DNA of 63,577 nt, the filler included, from Sphacelaria rigidula (lineage: Eukaryota), in the NCBI GenBank assembly GCA_964200075.2. It is 5 parts of 5 records of this genome, joined end to end, with 100 filler letters (N's around TTAATTAATTAA, not from the genome) between each part and the next. Parts side by side here need not be neighbours in the genome. Positions count along the whole stretch, not along the records: positions 25,476 to 38,110 come from CAXNAA020003548.1; 4 more parts are not named here. One strand, written 5' to 3'. Positions within the stretch are counted from its first letter, which is position 1, and the number at the start of each line of letters is the position of its first letter. This document shows positions 25,705 through 38,110 of the stretch, piece by piece. Under the pieces are notes generated by a model. The model was not told the DNA's origin, did no database searches, and worked only from the letters and a program-made list of their open reading frames with translations. A program made the position numbers and the translations under genes.

Positions 25705-26763
25705 TTAAGGGCAATGTACTGATCCCTGAAAACTGATTTTTGCCCTTAACTCATGAAAAAAAACCTTTGTGTGCACTGGTTTTTGTTTTTATTATGCCCT
25801 AATTCATTGTCCAAACCAAATATCAGGGTCCGACCCTAAGAATTGGCCGGTTAATGGGCCGTCTAGTGACGGGGTCAGAAGAAATTCGGAACAGTATTTT
25901 GCAGGCCACTTACCGGCCCACGTTTGGTTGTTGTGTATTGAAACGTTATGTGGACCGTGGCTTGGGCATAATTCACGAAACAAAGTGGGTCATGTTGGTT
26001 TTTATCCTTTTTTTTCACTGGTTTAGGGCGTTTTAGTATGGTAACGATCATTTTTTTATGAGAACGCTCGAACCTTCCCCCCCCAGAAAAAAAAAACATG
26101 AAGTGAAGGCCCATTTTTTTGTTCTTGAGCATACCTCTGTGGTTCTCCATGCTGAGTTTCAAATCACAATTCTAAGAATTGAGCGGAATAATTGAGATTA
26201 TGCCCAAGAGCAGTGTTCATTTCTCCTCAAAACTGCCCCAAAAACCCGAAAAGAAGTAAAACGAAAAAAATGAAGAAGCTGTTTTTTCAGCTTGATTATG
26301 CACTAGCAGTTCTCCGTACGAAATTTCATAGCATAACTCTCAAAACCTGAGACACGATATCCAGATTTAGTTCATGTAGTGCCTCTGCTCGTAATGTACT
26401 GATTTTAGTATGGAAACTTATGGGCGCCATATCTCGAGATGGATAACGAATTAGGTGAAGGTGAGGGTATCTATCGTTTCGCCGTGCTCCAGGGAATGTC
26501 CGCACCAAAAATCGTTGTCATCCGCGTAATGCATCGATCGGGGTTTCACAGAGATTTTAGTATTGACGCTATCTCCGTTAGGTATAGGAATTACTACACA
26601 TGGGCTTGAATCAACGACAAAATATTGGCCCAGACTTTTGAGCAGATAGGCATCTACTCTTTGTTTGAACGACTAATACAAAATGCGGATCATGACCCGA
26701 CTCGTCTGTGTCGATGAGGTTTTGCTTTGAGAGCTTTAATCCGTTTCTAGGCTGGCCCAGCTC
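25705..26763. mobile_element. Partial inverted copy of the 49834-50697 family, cut at a TTAA
   Basis: Ends in ctaggctggcccagctc and shares gcccttaactcatgaaaa and gaaattcggaacagtattttgcaggccac with the reverse complement of 49834-50550. Confidence 0.65.
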
Positions 26764-28942
26764 GTGGCCGAGGCACGCCGTGGTTCGTAGTCTGGGACGA
26801 GAAAAATAAGAAACCGTGAAGTGAAAACCCCACTCAAATCACAAGTACTCGAGGCGATTTACGGCGTGCATCATCAGGGGATGAGCAAGATCTACGATCT
26901 CTTCGTGTTTTTGGTCGGTGACACTTGGTTTGCCCATTTTTGGGGGTCAGACGCACCCATAACTGTATGATGCATCCGGATTTAAAGCACCCAACGCAAC
27001 AATCAGCGCTCGAATCGCACACGTTGCCGACGAGATCCGGGCGGGAAAAATCGGCCCCTCAATGGATGACCCCGAGCAACGCGCCGTTCCCAATAAATGC
27101 AAGTGGAGAATAAGCACAGACAGAAGGGGCTCGGGGGGAATCCTCGGAGATGCCTGAGTCGTAGTAACTTTGTTTCGGTGCGTGCTTGTGTTCAAGTGTA
27201 ATGCACTCCCACATACTATATCAAGAAAAGCGCCGCCGCTCGTGTACACAGCCGCACGAAGAACCCCACGTGAAAAACATGGCGTGTACAGGAACAGACA
27301 ACATCATGGTGATTGAATGATTCTCTCTTCCTGTGTTGATCATGTCGGTACCGCTGTCTTCGCCGATCCGTCTCTACAGCCTCCGTCCGCTGCAACTTAA
27401 GCTTGTACTTTGAGAATACATAGACAAGTGTCACTCACCCTGGGGTCGGTCATTTATGCCCTATCGGCACACGTTTCACTTAAAAAATGAATGCGAAACC
27501 CAGATGACCCACCCTGGGGTCGAAGGGCTTAACTTTAGAGCCGGTTCCAGGAAGAGGTGGCCCTCTCCGGAGTTTTTGACTTGAAAAATATATGTAAGAC
27601 GCAGATTACCCACCGTGGCGGTCAATAATTATTTTTTAAGCTGGCGGGAGGAAGGAGTGATGCCTTCCAAACGAGTGATACGATACTTGCAGTGTTGTTC
27701 CTTTTCAATAATATGGAGGCGGTAGTTTTGGACATAGGGCGCCCCAACACAGCACACGTGGTGTGTGATGATGCTGAAGCTTGACGCATGTGTGGCTAGA
27801 AGCCGCAGGTGGGTGTTGATGCAGCAGTTTCGGCGATCGAAGGCGTTTGAAGCGCAGCCTGGCTTCAACCGATGATTTCGCACGATGCTGAAGCGATTCC
27901 GAAAACTACAACACTTCGTATTGACACCTTTACCGGGTAACGATATGAAATCCGTGCGGAGCTAAGGGTGGATTTTGCCAGCCTTGTTGTTTACGCCGCT
28001 CCCCTGGCGCTCGAGGCTAGCACCAAGATAGGAAATAGCCAACAGTTTTTGTTGTCCATGTGTTGGAGGCAGATGGCGCTGGGTTTTATGCGCCATTTCG
28101 AGCAACACGCGGCCACGCAGCGTAGCCAAAGAGGAGAGCGTGTTCAAGCAAAGGGCACTGCGAACCTGCTCGGGCAGCGGGTAACATGTCCTTCCTTGCA
28201 GTGCCAGACTTGGCGTGGGCGTCATCACGGCGGAGTGAGAAGGACAAGAATGGCTGCTGTAGTGTCGGCCGGAATCAACCGGATATTCTGCGGTGACATG
28301 CTCCCCCACGAAAATCTTGACATTTCCCTGACAGGCGCGTCAACGGCGTTTTGCGGACATCATCTCATTTTCATTCGCTCGTAGTATGCAACTTCCGCAA
28401 CGTGGACAACAAACTGTCGCGACAGGTATACTGAACAAAATATTGCATCTCGTGTTGCGACCACACTTTCCATACTGTATACAGTATACTTGTTCAGTGC
28501 AAGTCCAGGGGGAGCCATATTGCGAAATACCGCTTTGACAGAAAGGCAGCGTGGGTACAGTGTAATGCAGATCTGGCGACAGTAATGGGCATCCCTACTC
28601 CCGGTGTAGTCACTGCAACACTGTGGGCGTGTCTTCCATAGTCAGGGTAGTCCTGACGGACATCTACCGCTTTGAGTTAGCGTTAATTATTGAAGCCTGT
28701 CGCGGCACTACCGTGACACAGCACTACAGTGCAGTAGACTGGGACAGGAAATTTGAAGTGAGGCCGGCGCACGAGTTTTGTGGCCGCTTATCCCCGCGGC
28801 GCTGGTATACGGAGAACAGTAGTATCCTTGATACCATCTGATGAAAAACATTCCAGGCCAGGTACAGACGGTATTTCCGTGTGCACTTCGATATCGCCTT
28901 GCATCGCAGCATGAACACCCCGAAGCGAGTGACCGGCGACAA

Positions 28943-29022
28943 GGGGGGGGGGGAGCGTACTCATCCATTACTTGCCTTAGTCGTTTGACCATTGACCACG
29001 CATCTCTTCCGAGACGGAGCAA
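28943..29022 (-). mobile_element. ~70-nt LINE-3'-end retroposon copy, oligo(C) tail, with TSD
   Basis: Same body and 5' boundary; G11 run on the plus strand; TSD accggcgacaa at 28932-28942 and 29023-29033. Confidence 0.8.
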
Positions 29023-32000
29023 ACCGGCGACAAAGGGGGGAGGGTTACCGGGGCCTCTCGAATTATCATGACCGTCAATGCTAGGGACCCAGTACTTGTG
29101 GCGATCGGCGTTTTGATGGGTGTTTGTCGACTGGTTGGGGTGTGGATGGCTCGTAAAGAACGGCCCATGTGCCCAAATTAGTGTCCAGACTCGATCGGGC
29201 AGTGTCAACCGTCGCCGATGGGCATGGAACTGCATGAAACTCCCTCCGACCAGAAGATTTGGTAGCCTGCGCTGCCCTCCGGAGTCGCATTACGGCTCCT
29301 CACCACAGCCCAACCACCCAGTACTGCCGCACCGACCGTATCTTCCGATAAGTAATTGTGGGTAAAGAACTCAATCTTCGTCGTTGTGCACGTGATCAGT
29401 TGGCGGTATCAGGCCCTGCACGTCACCGCAGCCTACACATCGTGAAGCGCGACAGAGGGTTTTGATACCCCGCTGTCCCTGGCGCCCATCTCCCGATCGC
29501 TCCGCACCATGGAAATGTACCGAAACAATTTAGTGCATCGCACCGCTCGGTTACTCATACTACCCGGAATACGTGTTTCAGTACAGCACCGCGCCAACAA
29601 TATTAACCACGTCACGGCATGCCGGCGCCATTGCACAACATCAAAAGCCTCGCCTCTATCCGCGCCCGCCTCCGCACACACGCCGTCGCACCGTACTGCC
29701 CGTAGCTCTGCACGCTCCAACACGAATTGGCCTTGTCTCTCGTCGCAATTTCCACCACCATACGACCCGACAAGTGATCTCTCATCACGTTTGACACTCG
29801 GATAGCGATACATCCAGCACTGCCATCGAGCACACTCCCCGCTGGATCCCGAAGCTGGGGTTTACGCGGCAGTATCGCCGGGCGACCGATCACAATATAT
29901 CGTAAGTTTCTCGGTCCCCTCCGTACGGTCGCATTTCCTCGCTTGAACCGTCGCCTCCTGCCATCCTACGGCGCCCCCTCGTCCCATGGCCAAGGGGTAG
30001 AACGTAATAGGTGCCCGAGGTGAAAGCCGGTACCAGTCCCGGTAACGCGCGCATGAGAGGGGTATGGTGTCTTCAATCCCGGCGATGAGTTCAGCATGAA
30101 GTTGCGTTGTTAGGTTCAACGTTATGTACTGTGCGGAATTGTTGTAACTATTTCCGTCTGCCGCGATTTTCACTCATTTGTGCGCGTGCCTCCCATCGTC
30201 GCAGAGCAGGTTTCATCAGAGCTTCGGGTTGGGAGAGATATCATGCATACGCTGCACGTTCCGATATAAGAATCATCACTTGAGTTAATATCAAACGACT
30301 CATGGGCTGAATTGACGGGGGGTGTCATCGATCTTTTGACGCCCGAAACACATCTCGTTTCGCCGGTAGCGAAATGAAAGGAGGGGAAACGGTAAAGAAG
30401 GATTGTGAAAGCATTCCCGACATCAATCTGAATGGGTTCACGCCCCCCTCATGAGACATCCAGGAGGCAGTGTGGTACCCGTCTGTGTATGTGAAAGTGG
30501 CGAGACCAGGAAATGAAGCACCACCTTGCTCTTTGTCATTTGCAAAATGCTTCATACGCTTCCGCGCCATCACAGCTTCGGGAATGCGGCTCGCTCTTCA
30601 CGCGAGTCTTTAAACGCCTTTTCACGGCCCGCGCTTGGCGCTTCATCGCGACTGTGGTCCAGGGAAAATCCGGCATGTACCGTCGCCGCTTAGCGGCCAT
30701 CCTAGGTCAATGATGCCATCCCTACGGCATCAAAGGTCGTGGGTACACCTTCTATGCAGAGCTCGCTTGGGCAAATTACGTACTCATGCCCTTTCCTCGT
30801 TTCCGTCGCGAACGATTCTAACCCCTTTTTCTTTCCTGCAATTGATTTTCTTTCCATATTTTCTTCTGTATACTTTATCGGGATATTTCAGATGTTTGTT
30901 TTTACCTCACAGCGATGAGCGCGAGGGAAGCTCGTGCTCTTCTGTATCTTAACATTTCTCTCCCTTCTTTCATTTGATGACCGTGTGTTTTTTTCTTTGT
31001 TCTTGGGGAGTCTGTGAATAAACATTGGAATTCCATCTCTCGTGAGGAATGACCGGGACATGATTGGAGATACCAGCATATGTCTGTGACCGCTGGTTCG
31101 AGATACGTCGCTAATTCGCGGAAATAATAATTGTAGTGATAACGATACAAAAAATATGACTAGTATCAATCATATTAACAATAGACAACAATAATAGCAT
31201 GATGATAACGGATGCTTCCTCAGCATCCGGATGTCCTATGGTCGACAGGCATTCCAAGAAGCGGGTGCTGCACAGAACACAACCCTCAAATACTTCAAAC
31301 CGAGTGATACGGACTCGGCGCCTCGTTTATCAGGCGATGTTCTGTGCCGCCTCTCGTCCAACACATGTTTATTCCACTCTAGCGCAGTGCATATGTTGTT
31401 AAAATTAGACACCGCCGGATGCTCACCACGTCGGGTCATGTCACTGCAAGTGGGTGCTCTCATCCGCTTAGAAGTCCCCGGGCTCCGGCGAGCTCATCAT
31501 CCGACTCCTCGCTGTCCGCCGCGCTACTCTCTGGTAACACCGACGACGTGGTGAACAAAATGGGAGCAAACGTCAGCTGGCGTTGAAGCCCATGTCAGTG
31601 GCCACCGACGGTGTCCTCGTTGTCCCCTCGAAAACTGGAGAAGCCCAACTCTCTCTCAACGAAACAGTTGTAACGCCTGGCACATCTACCAGGCATACGG
31701 GGGGCATGCGCCACGCCTCCGTGGATCTCGGGCGATGTGACTCGCGAGCAACAGCGCCGACCCGCCTTTCTCATCAAGACATGCCCAAGAAACACCACGA
31801 GTTTCCCAGTAGCGATCACAACCTCGTCCTCATCGCGCACATCACGCATAATTTCCACGTCATCGCACTAGTTTCAACGCCGTCTTTGGCGCCCGCCCGC
31901 ATATAATGCACCTCGCCGCCGTCCACTGATCCTTCCGCTTCTCCGTCCTCTGGAGGAATAGAAACAATCGAGGTCGGAACATGAGCATCCGTGGCTTGGC

Positions 32001-34359
32001 ACCCAACATGCACAAGTGCCGTCTGTGCCGCTGCGCCCGTGGCTGATTCCTGTCCCAATTTTCCGCCGCAGTGGCGACCGCCTCGTCATTGTCGAAATGC
32101 CGAAATGGGGGTTCGGGGCCTGGTGTGATCGGCGGCCGCCAGAGGCGCGCCCAGCACAAGAAATCGCCGGAGTGCACGGGACTACCGGGCCGCACCGGAC
32201 AGGGCGTCGTCCACGCCTCTGTCGAACCACACGCTGCCTTTCCTCATGGTGACAGCGACACACGTTTCCGTTTTCCCGGGGTATTCACGTTGGCCTGTCC
32301 AGCACGCGCTTCGTCCCTTGAGGTGGGTCGTGTCGGCCGTTTCGCCCCCAAGATGAACCCCGCAAGTATTCCGGAGACGGCTACTGTCGGCGACTGCGTT
32401 GGTGTGTGCCGCACGCCAACGATGGTAGACGCCGGTGGTTAGCGATGGCACACCCGTCGCTGGTGCTATCCGGCGACGGTTCATCGCCGGATGCGGCATC
32501 ATGATGAGACCGTGCCAACTCGGGCGAACGCCTGATCGTGGCGTCTCCGCTCTCATCCGCCGTCGTACAGCCGGGTTCGGCTCCCGGTTTGCACGCGGAC
32601 TGAACTGCTCTTGCCAGTGGAGCTGGCGGCTACTCTTCGCCGACGCGCACTCGTCCTCCGGCCCGATCGTTCCCATCTGCGCCCGATGGTATGCACGGCG
32701 ATAACATAAGCAGTATGAGTGATATCCGGGTCAAGAGGCGAATCGTGATTGTCGCAGCGACCATATGTCAAGCTTCTATGCCTAAGTTACGACCTCTCAA
32801 CCCTGGGTCACAGCAAAAACTGTGGCATATCCGGTACAAAATAGTCCGTACATCATACACCAGGAAAGGTGCCCGGCTGCAATTGTTTGTACTGCACGGG
32901 GCTCGTTGTGCGATCTACGCTTTTAGTCCGGCCCACCTTGTCTCTGCGCCACACCCGCGCAATGCTGGCAGTTGAACCGAAAGCGATCGACGACATCGTA
33001 CATCGAATCCCGACTCAAACGTTTCTTTTGGTGATTTCATCAAATACTACTGTTCGCACCCGCTCTTGAGTGCTGAAATGCGTGCATGTTGAGAAGGAAG
33101 GAGCTCGGTCGCAGGACAGAAACGTTGACCTTCATCAGTTGGGATGATCCCGTTCATATACCTTCTTCATGGGGGGGGGGGGGGGGGGGATGGGTCTCGA
33201 GTTTAAAAAAAGAACAGATTTCAGCGGGGGGGGGTCAGCGTGGAGTGAGAAAGGNNNNNNNNNNGCAAAAATCACGGTGTTTTTGTTTTTTTGGGGGTTG
33301 TGCCTCTCTTCTTTTCTTGTGGGGGGGGGGGGGGGGGGGGGGATAGTCATCCGGATTTGAAAAAATCACAGATTTTCAGCTGCAGAGGTGACCCTGAGTG
33401 ACACAAGGGCCCGGTCATCGCTCACGGAAACCTCATTACCCTGCACGATGATATGGTCGTGCATGTTCACCTAATTATACCTATTCGAGTGCAAGTCGCT
33501 GATGCCACAATCATCGCCCGTGCGACGGCGGAACGGCGTCCTAATCTCGTTGGAGAGCATTCGACAACATCTGGCGTGCATCGCTACATGTGGGATGCCG
33601 TACGGCACATGCCATTAGTACGTAATAATACAGTACGAAATAAGGGCCGTCACTACAGCACAGGCCATGCTACAACTTGGGCCGCAGGGTTTGCTTTACC
33701 TTATGATCAGTCATAAAAGTACTCCCGCACATGCTCCGGGGGGTGTTATCTTCATCCCATATGCACACACCAACACTTTACCACTACAGGCAGTAGTATA
33801 CTTACTGTAGTAATGTCAGAGTGCAGTCATGCGCCACATCAGAGAGTGGCGTGGACTTCGCGCCGTCTTCACTGCCCCACAATTACGCACGGGATATCAC
33901 TACTGTATTGTGGGCATACATGACTTTAGCATGGTGTCATGTGCCATGGCATGGTACAGCTCGCCGCACCTTGGCGAACACACTGCTCTCTCTGTGTACG
34001 CGCCTACTCGTCTCTACATCACGACACACCTTGTACAGACATTACACAGCACATACAGGCAGACCACTGCCGATGAAATCAAGGACTTGTCGTGGCTATC
34101 TGTGGGCCTATATATATCGTACAAGAAATGCTATCCGTCTCCGCAGCGACATATCTGCTTTCCCACCCTGCCGAGATATGTGCGGCGACTGGTCTGTTGC
34201 ATCAATTATCCGTGCTGATGTGGAGAACTCTCGTCCAAGGACATCTGCCCCTCTAGTTTCAGCATATTTTGGGCCTTGGAGCATGACCTTCTCCAACTGA
34301 CGCCGCGGATGATGAACTATAATTTAGTAAAACGCTCCACATTATTGAAAAGAAACAAG

Positions 34360-34830
34360 TCTGCTTGGTAATATCCATAGAGAAAGGAAAGGAATGCAGC
34401 AGGGGGCACAGAGAAGGCAACACTATACTGTACTGCGTTGCACTGTACTGCATTGTACTGTGCTGTGCGGTGTACTGAGACTTTGTTCATCTGTAAAGAA
34501 GATAGCCACCGTCCGGATGGATCATTTGTGTTTCATGGGCGTAGTATTTACTTCGAAAGTGAATGCAAGATCCAGATGGCCCGCCGTGGGAGTCCAAGCA
34601 TTTATTGTTGCAATTGGCGGCATGAAATTGTGACTCTCTTGAAGAGTTTGGTGTAATGTGATCCTTGGTGATATCCATAGACAAAGGGAACAGACGCAGC
34701 GGGGTGAGAGATAAGATAACACCGCTAAACAGCACTGTACTACTGTATTGTGCGTTTTCACTCGGCTTTGTGTCGACTTGATTTGTCACCCCGTGGGTGG
34801 GTCATTTGTGTTTCGTTGGCATAGTTTTGA
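34360..34830. repeat. Diverged direct duplication, period ~300 bp
   Basis: cttggt(a/g)atatccataga(g/c)aaagg at ~34364 and ~34664; tcatttgtgtttc at ~34522 and ~34802. Confidence 0.6.
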
Positions 34831-35849
34831 CGTGAAGAAGAATGATGAATAACAGTGCTGGCTATGCAGTGCAGCGGGGGGGTGGGCGTGTCATGGGTGC
34901 AGAAGGCCTTCTGCGCTTCTTTCCCGACTGACCGATGGACTTGCGCGATATATCCATCAGGAATGTTCGTTACACGCTTTGAAAAAAAAGAGTCTATGTT
35001 TTGAGCCCGATCATTATCTCAAACAATCACGGGGGCGCTCGCACGAAAAACGCACAGCAGTCAGGATATTTTCCCCAATGAATGTGCTGCGTGCTTAAGC
35101 TTGCGTCATCCGTGGGCGTGGGGGAAACCTGAAAGGAATCACTACCGCGTTGTCAGCTCGCCGCAGCAAGCTACACTTGGACATATTCTGCGCTCGTCTT
35201 CAGCTCATACTCCTTTGAATATCTGACAGCAGATACCCTACAGCAGTACAGTACAGCGCAGCTACCGTACACTGCAGTCGTATGATCCCGACATGTCCGC
35301 TTCGCACATTACATGTGCCCCACCTGAGGTTCTCTGTTCCTCAAGCCACTTAGCATAAGCAGCTCACGCCACCTTCCGGCACCCTGCGTTCCGAAACGAT
35401 GCTGGAGTTCGATGCTGGCTATTTAGCGGTCAGACCTTCCGTCATTTTATTTTCACGTATCACAACTGCGACCCCAGAGCATTCCCTACGCCACTTTCAC
35501 GAAATCCTGTGCTTTGTAGCCATACCCCGTGGAAAACGGACGCGTGGACCACAGCGGTCCAAGTTTCTGTAGACTCCACAGTACTGCATGGTCCCTGTCC
35601 GGACGGCCCGCCAACAACCCCTGTCTGCGATGTCGATGTCTTGCGGCGTCGACAGTGTTTGAAGCACTGGGGCGTTTCTTCGGCAGATCACGGCAGGGGC
35701 GACTGATGTGAGCACAGCTGCATGCTATCATGCCGCCTGGCTGGTACCGTACGGCGGATACAGAAGCAGTCACAATCCCCCTGTCAGGGCACACCGTCAT
35801 CACACCCAGTATCGAGCACCCTTATTACCCCCACAGAAGTTGCCGCTAC

Positions 35850-36175
35850 GCCCCGATAGTCTAATGGTATAATTGACATCATTAGTGGGGGGGAACGCGG
35901 GTTCGAGTAGATGCGTCTAGCTCGGCGTTCTTGCTCACAAGTGTCTGACTTCCGTCACTAAAAGCGTGAGGACGAGCTTGGAAAAAACTCTGTCTACCTG
36001 CACTTGTCGGACCATTCCACGCATTATAGGGATGGTGATCGAATCCGCGATACCAAAGTGTAAGGCGTGTACTGGTGGAGAGATCGGTTGATCCCTTGAG
36101 ACCACGGACTAGTCCCGAGGAAGAGAGGGGGGTTAGAAGCGGGAGCAAAAGAAGAAAATGGGGTGTTTTGTAGCC
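35850..36175 (+). mobile_element. tRNA-derived SINE
   Basis: A-box-like tagtctaatgg (~35857) and B-box-like ggttcgagt (~35900). The 3' body (aatccgcgataccaaa...aaggcgtgtac...gttgatcccttgagaccacggac) is shared with 21085-21380. Confidence 0.65.
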
Positions 36176-36843
36176 AAAGCGCATGGTGATACGCTAGCCA
36201 CGTGATGAAGCTGCGTATGTACTCACCTCTGGCTCATCTCTCACCCAATGTGCGCCTTTGGCGCCAAAACGTATTGCTCATGTATACTACCACTCATGTG
36301 AACTGACGGTCCCGCCTGTGTGATCCCCCACGCGAGACGCAGAAAGGAGAACGACCGTTGGCGCGTTTTGTGGTGAACTCATACTGGGAGAGAAACTATA
36401 CGAACGACGTCGGCACTACAGTTGTCTTTGCACCTCCAGAGTTCCACAGCCTGTCATTTGTTTAGTCGTCCCCCCGTACTGCAATTACAGCTGCGGCACT
36501 GCGCTAGTCTTGCAGAGAAGACGTCGTTTCCCCTTTTAGCAGCCACGCTGCAGTAGCTACTCTTGTCACCTGCTGAAACGACGGTCGGGTTGACAGTGCA
36601 ATCAACTACGAGTGTTTTTTTCGACCATTATGCTATGATGACGCTTCCTCTTTTGCTTGGACACGACCCACCGTAATCGTTCCTGGTTGATTTGTGCAGG
36701 CTTCCGCTGAATACGATGAGGTGATTCCCGTGCACGGGTCTGCAGCGGTGCGATGTAGCAGCACCAGCAGCAACTGCGGCGGAGGCGGCGCTGGGACACC
36801 CGGGTCCTGATTCACGTTTCTAGTGTATTACAGTCGAGAAGGC

Positions 36844-38110
36844 ATGCCTATTGGATGCACTCGCTCGAGTTGCACCACGAAGGCGTCATATGCTGTAGTG
36901 GGCAGCCGCAAGGCGAAGTTTTGCGCTACTCATGCCCTGACTGGCATGGTTAATGTACTGAGAAAACTTTGCGGCGAACAACCATCGTTTGGTGAAGCCG
37001 GTGGCAGGAAGGCAGAGTTTTGCGCTACACACGCCCAGGCGGGCATGGCTCATGTAAAACGTTCGCGGTGCGGCAAGGAGGGCTGCTCCAAACACCCATC
37101 TTTCGGTGAAGCCGGTGGGAGGCAGGCGGAATTCTGCGCTACTCATGCCCTGACTGGCATGGTCAATGTAGAAAGCAAGCGGTGCGGCAAGGAGGGCTGC
37201 TCCAAATACCCATCGTTCGGCTCAGTCGATGGCAGGAAGGCGGAGTTCTGCGCTACACACGCCCAGGCGGGCATGATTGGTGTAAGAAGGAGGCGGTGCG
37301 GCAAGGAGGGCTGCTCTAAACACCCATCTTTTGGTGTAGCTGGTGGCAGGAAGGTGGAATTCTGCGCTACACACGCCCAGGCGGGCATGGCTCATGTAAA
37401 ACGTTCGCGGTGCGGCAAGGAGGGCTGCTCCACATACGCATCATATGGTGCAGCCGGTGGCAGGCAGGCGTTATTCTGCGCTACTCATGCCCCGACTGGC
37501 ATGGTCAATGTAGTAAGCAAGCGGTGCGGCAAGGAGGGCTGCTCCAAATACCCATCGTTTGGCTCAGCCGGTGGCAGGAAGGCGGAGTTCTGCGCTACAC
37601 ACGCCCAGGCGGGCATGGTTGGTGTAAGAAGGAGGCGGTGCGGCAAGGAGGGCTGCTCCACACACGCATCGTACGGTGAAGTCGGTGGCAGAAAGGCGGA
37701 GTTCTGCTCTACACACGCCCAGGCGGGCATGATTGGTGTAAGAAGGAGGCGGTGCGGCAAGGAGGGCTGCTCTAAACACCCATCTTTCGGTGCAGCCGGT
37801 GGCAGGAAGGTGGAATTCTGCGCTACACACGCCCAGGCGGGCATGGTTGGTGTAAGAAGCAGGCGGTGCGGCAAGGAGGGCTGCTCCACACACGCATCGT
37901 ATGGTAAAGTCGGTGGCAGGAAGGCGGAATTCTGCGCTACTCATGCCCCGACTGGCATGGTCAATGTAGTAAGCAAGCGGTGCAGCAAGGAGGGCTGCTC
38001 CAAATACCCATCGTTTGGCTCAGCCGGTGGCAGGAAGGCGGAGTTCTGCGCTACACACGCCCAGGCGGGCATGGTTGGTGTAAGAAGGAGGCGGTGCGGC
38101 AAGGAGGGCT
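36844..38110 (+). CDS. EsV-1-7 cysteine/histidine repeat protein (at least 11 tandem 38-aa repeats), 3'-truncated by an assembly gap
   Basis: Uninterrupted ORF made of 114-bp units encoding C-x4-C...(P/A)S(F/Y)G...FCxTHA..GM..V, the signature of the EsV-1-7 repeat family of brown algae and phaeoviruses. ATG at 36844; the ORF runs into Ns at 38111. Confidence 0.9.

Noticed and set aside
35850-35930. Functional tRNA gene
   Set aside because: A/B-box-like motifs are present but I could not fold a convincing cloverleaf, and the sequence continues into a repeated SINE body.
36844-38110. Evidence for an integrated phaeovirus provirus
   Set aside because: EsV-1-7 repeats are common in host brown algal genes, and no NCLDV core gene (capsid, polymerase, A32 ATPase, integrase) is recognisable nearby.
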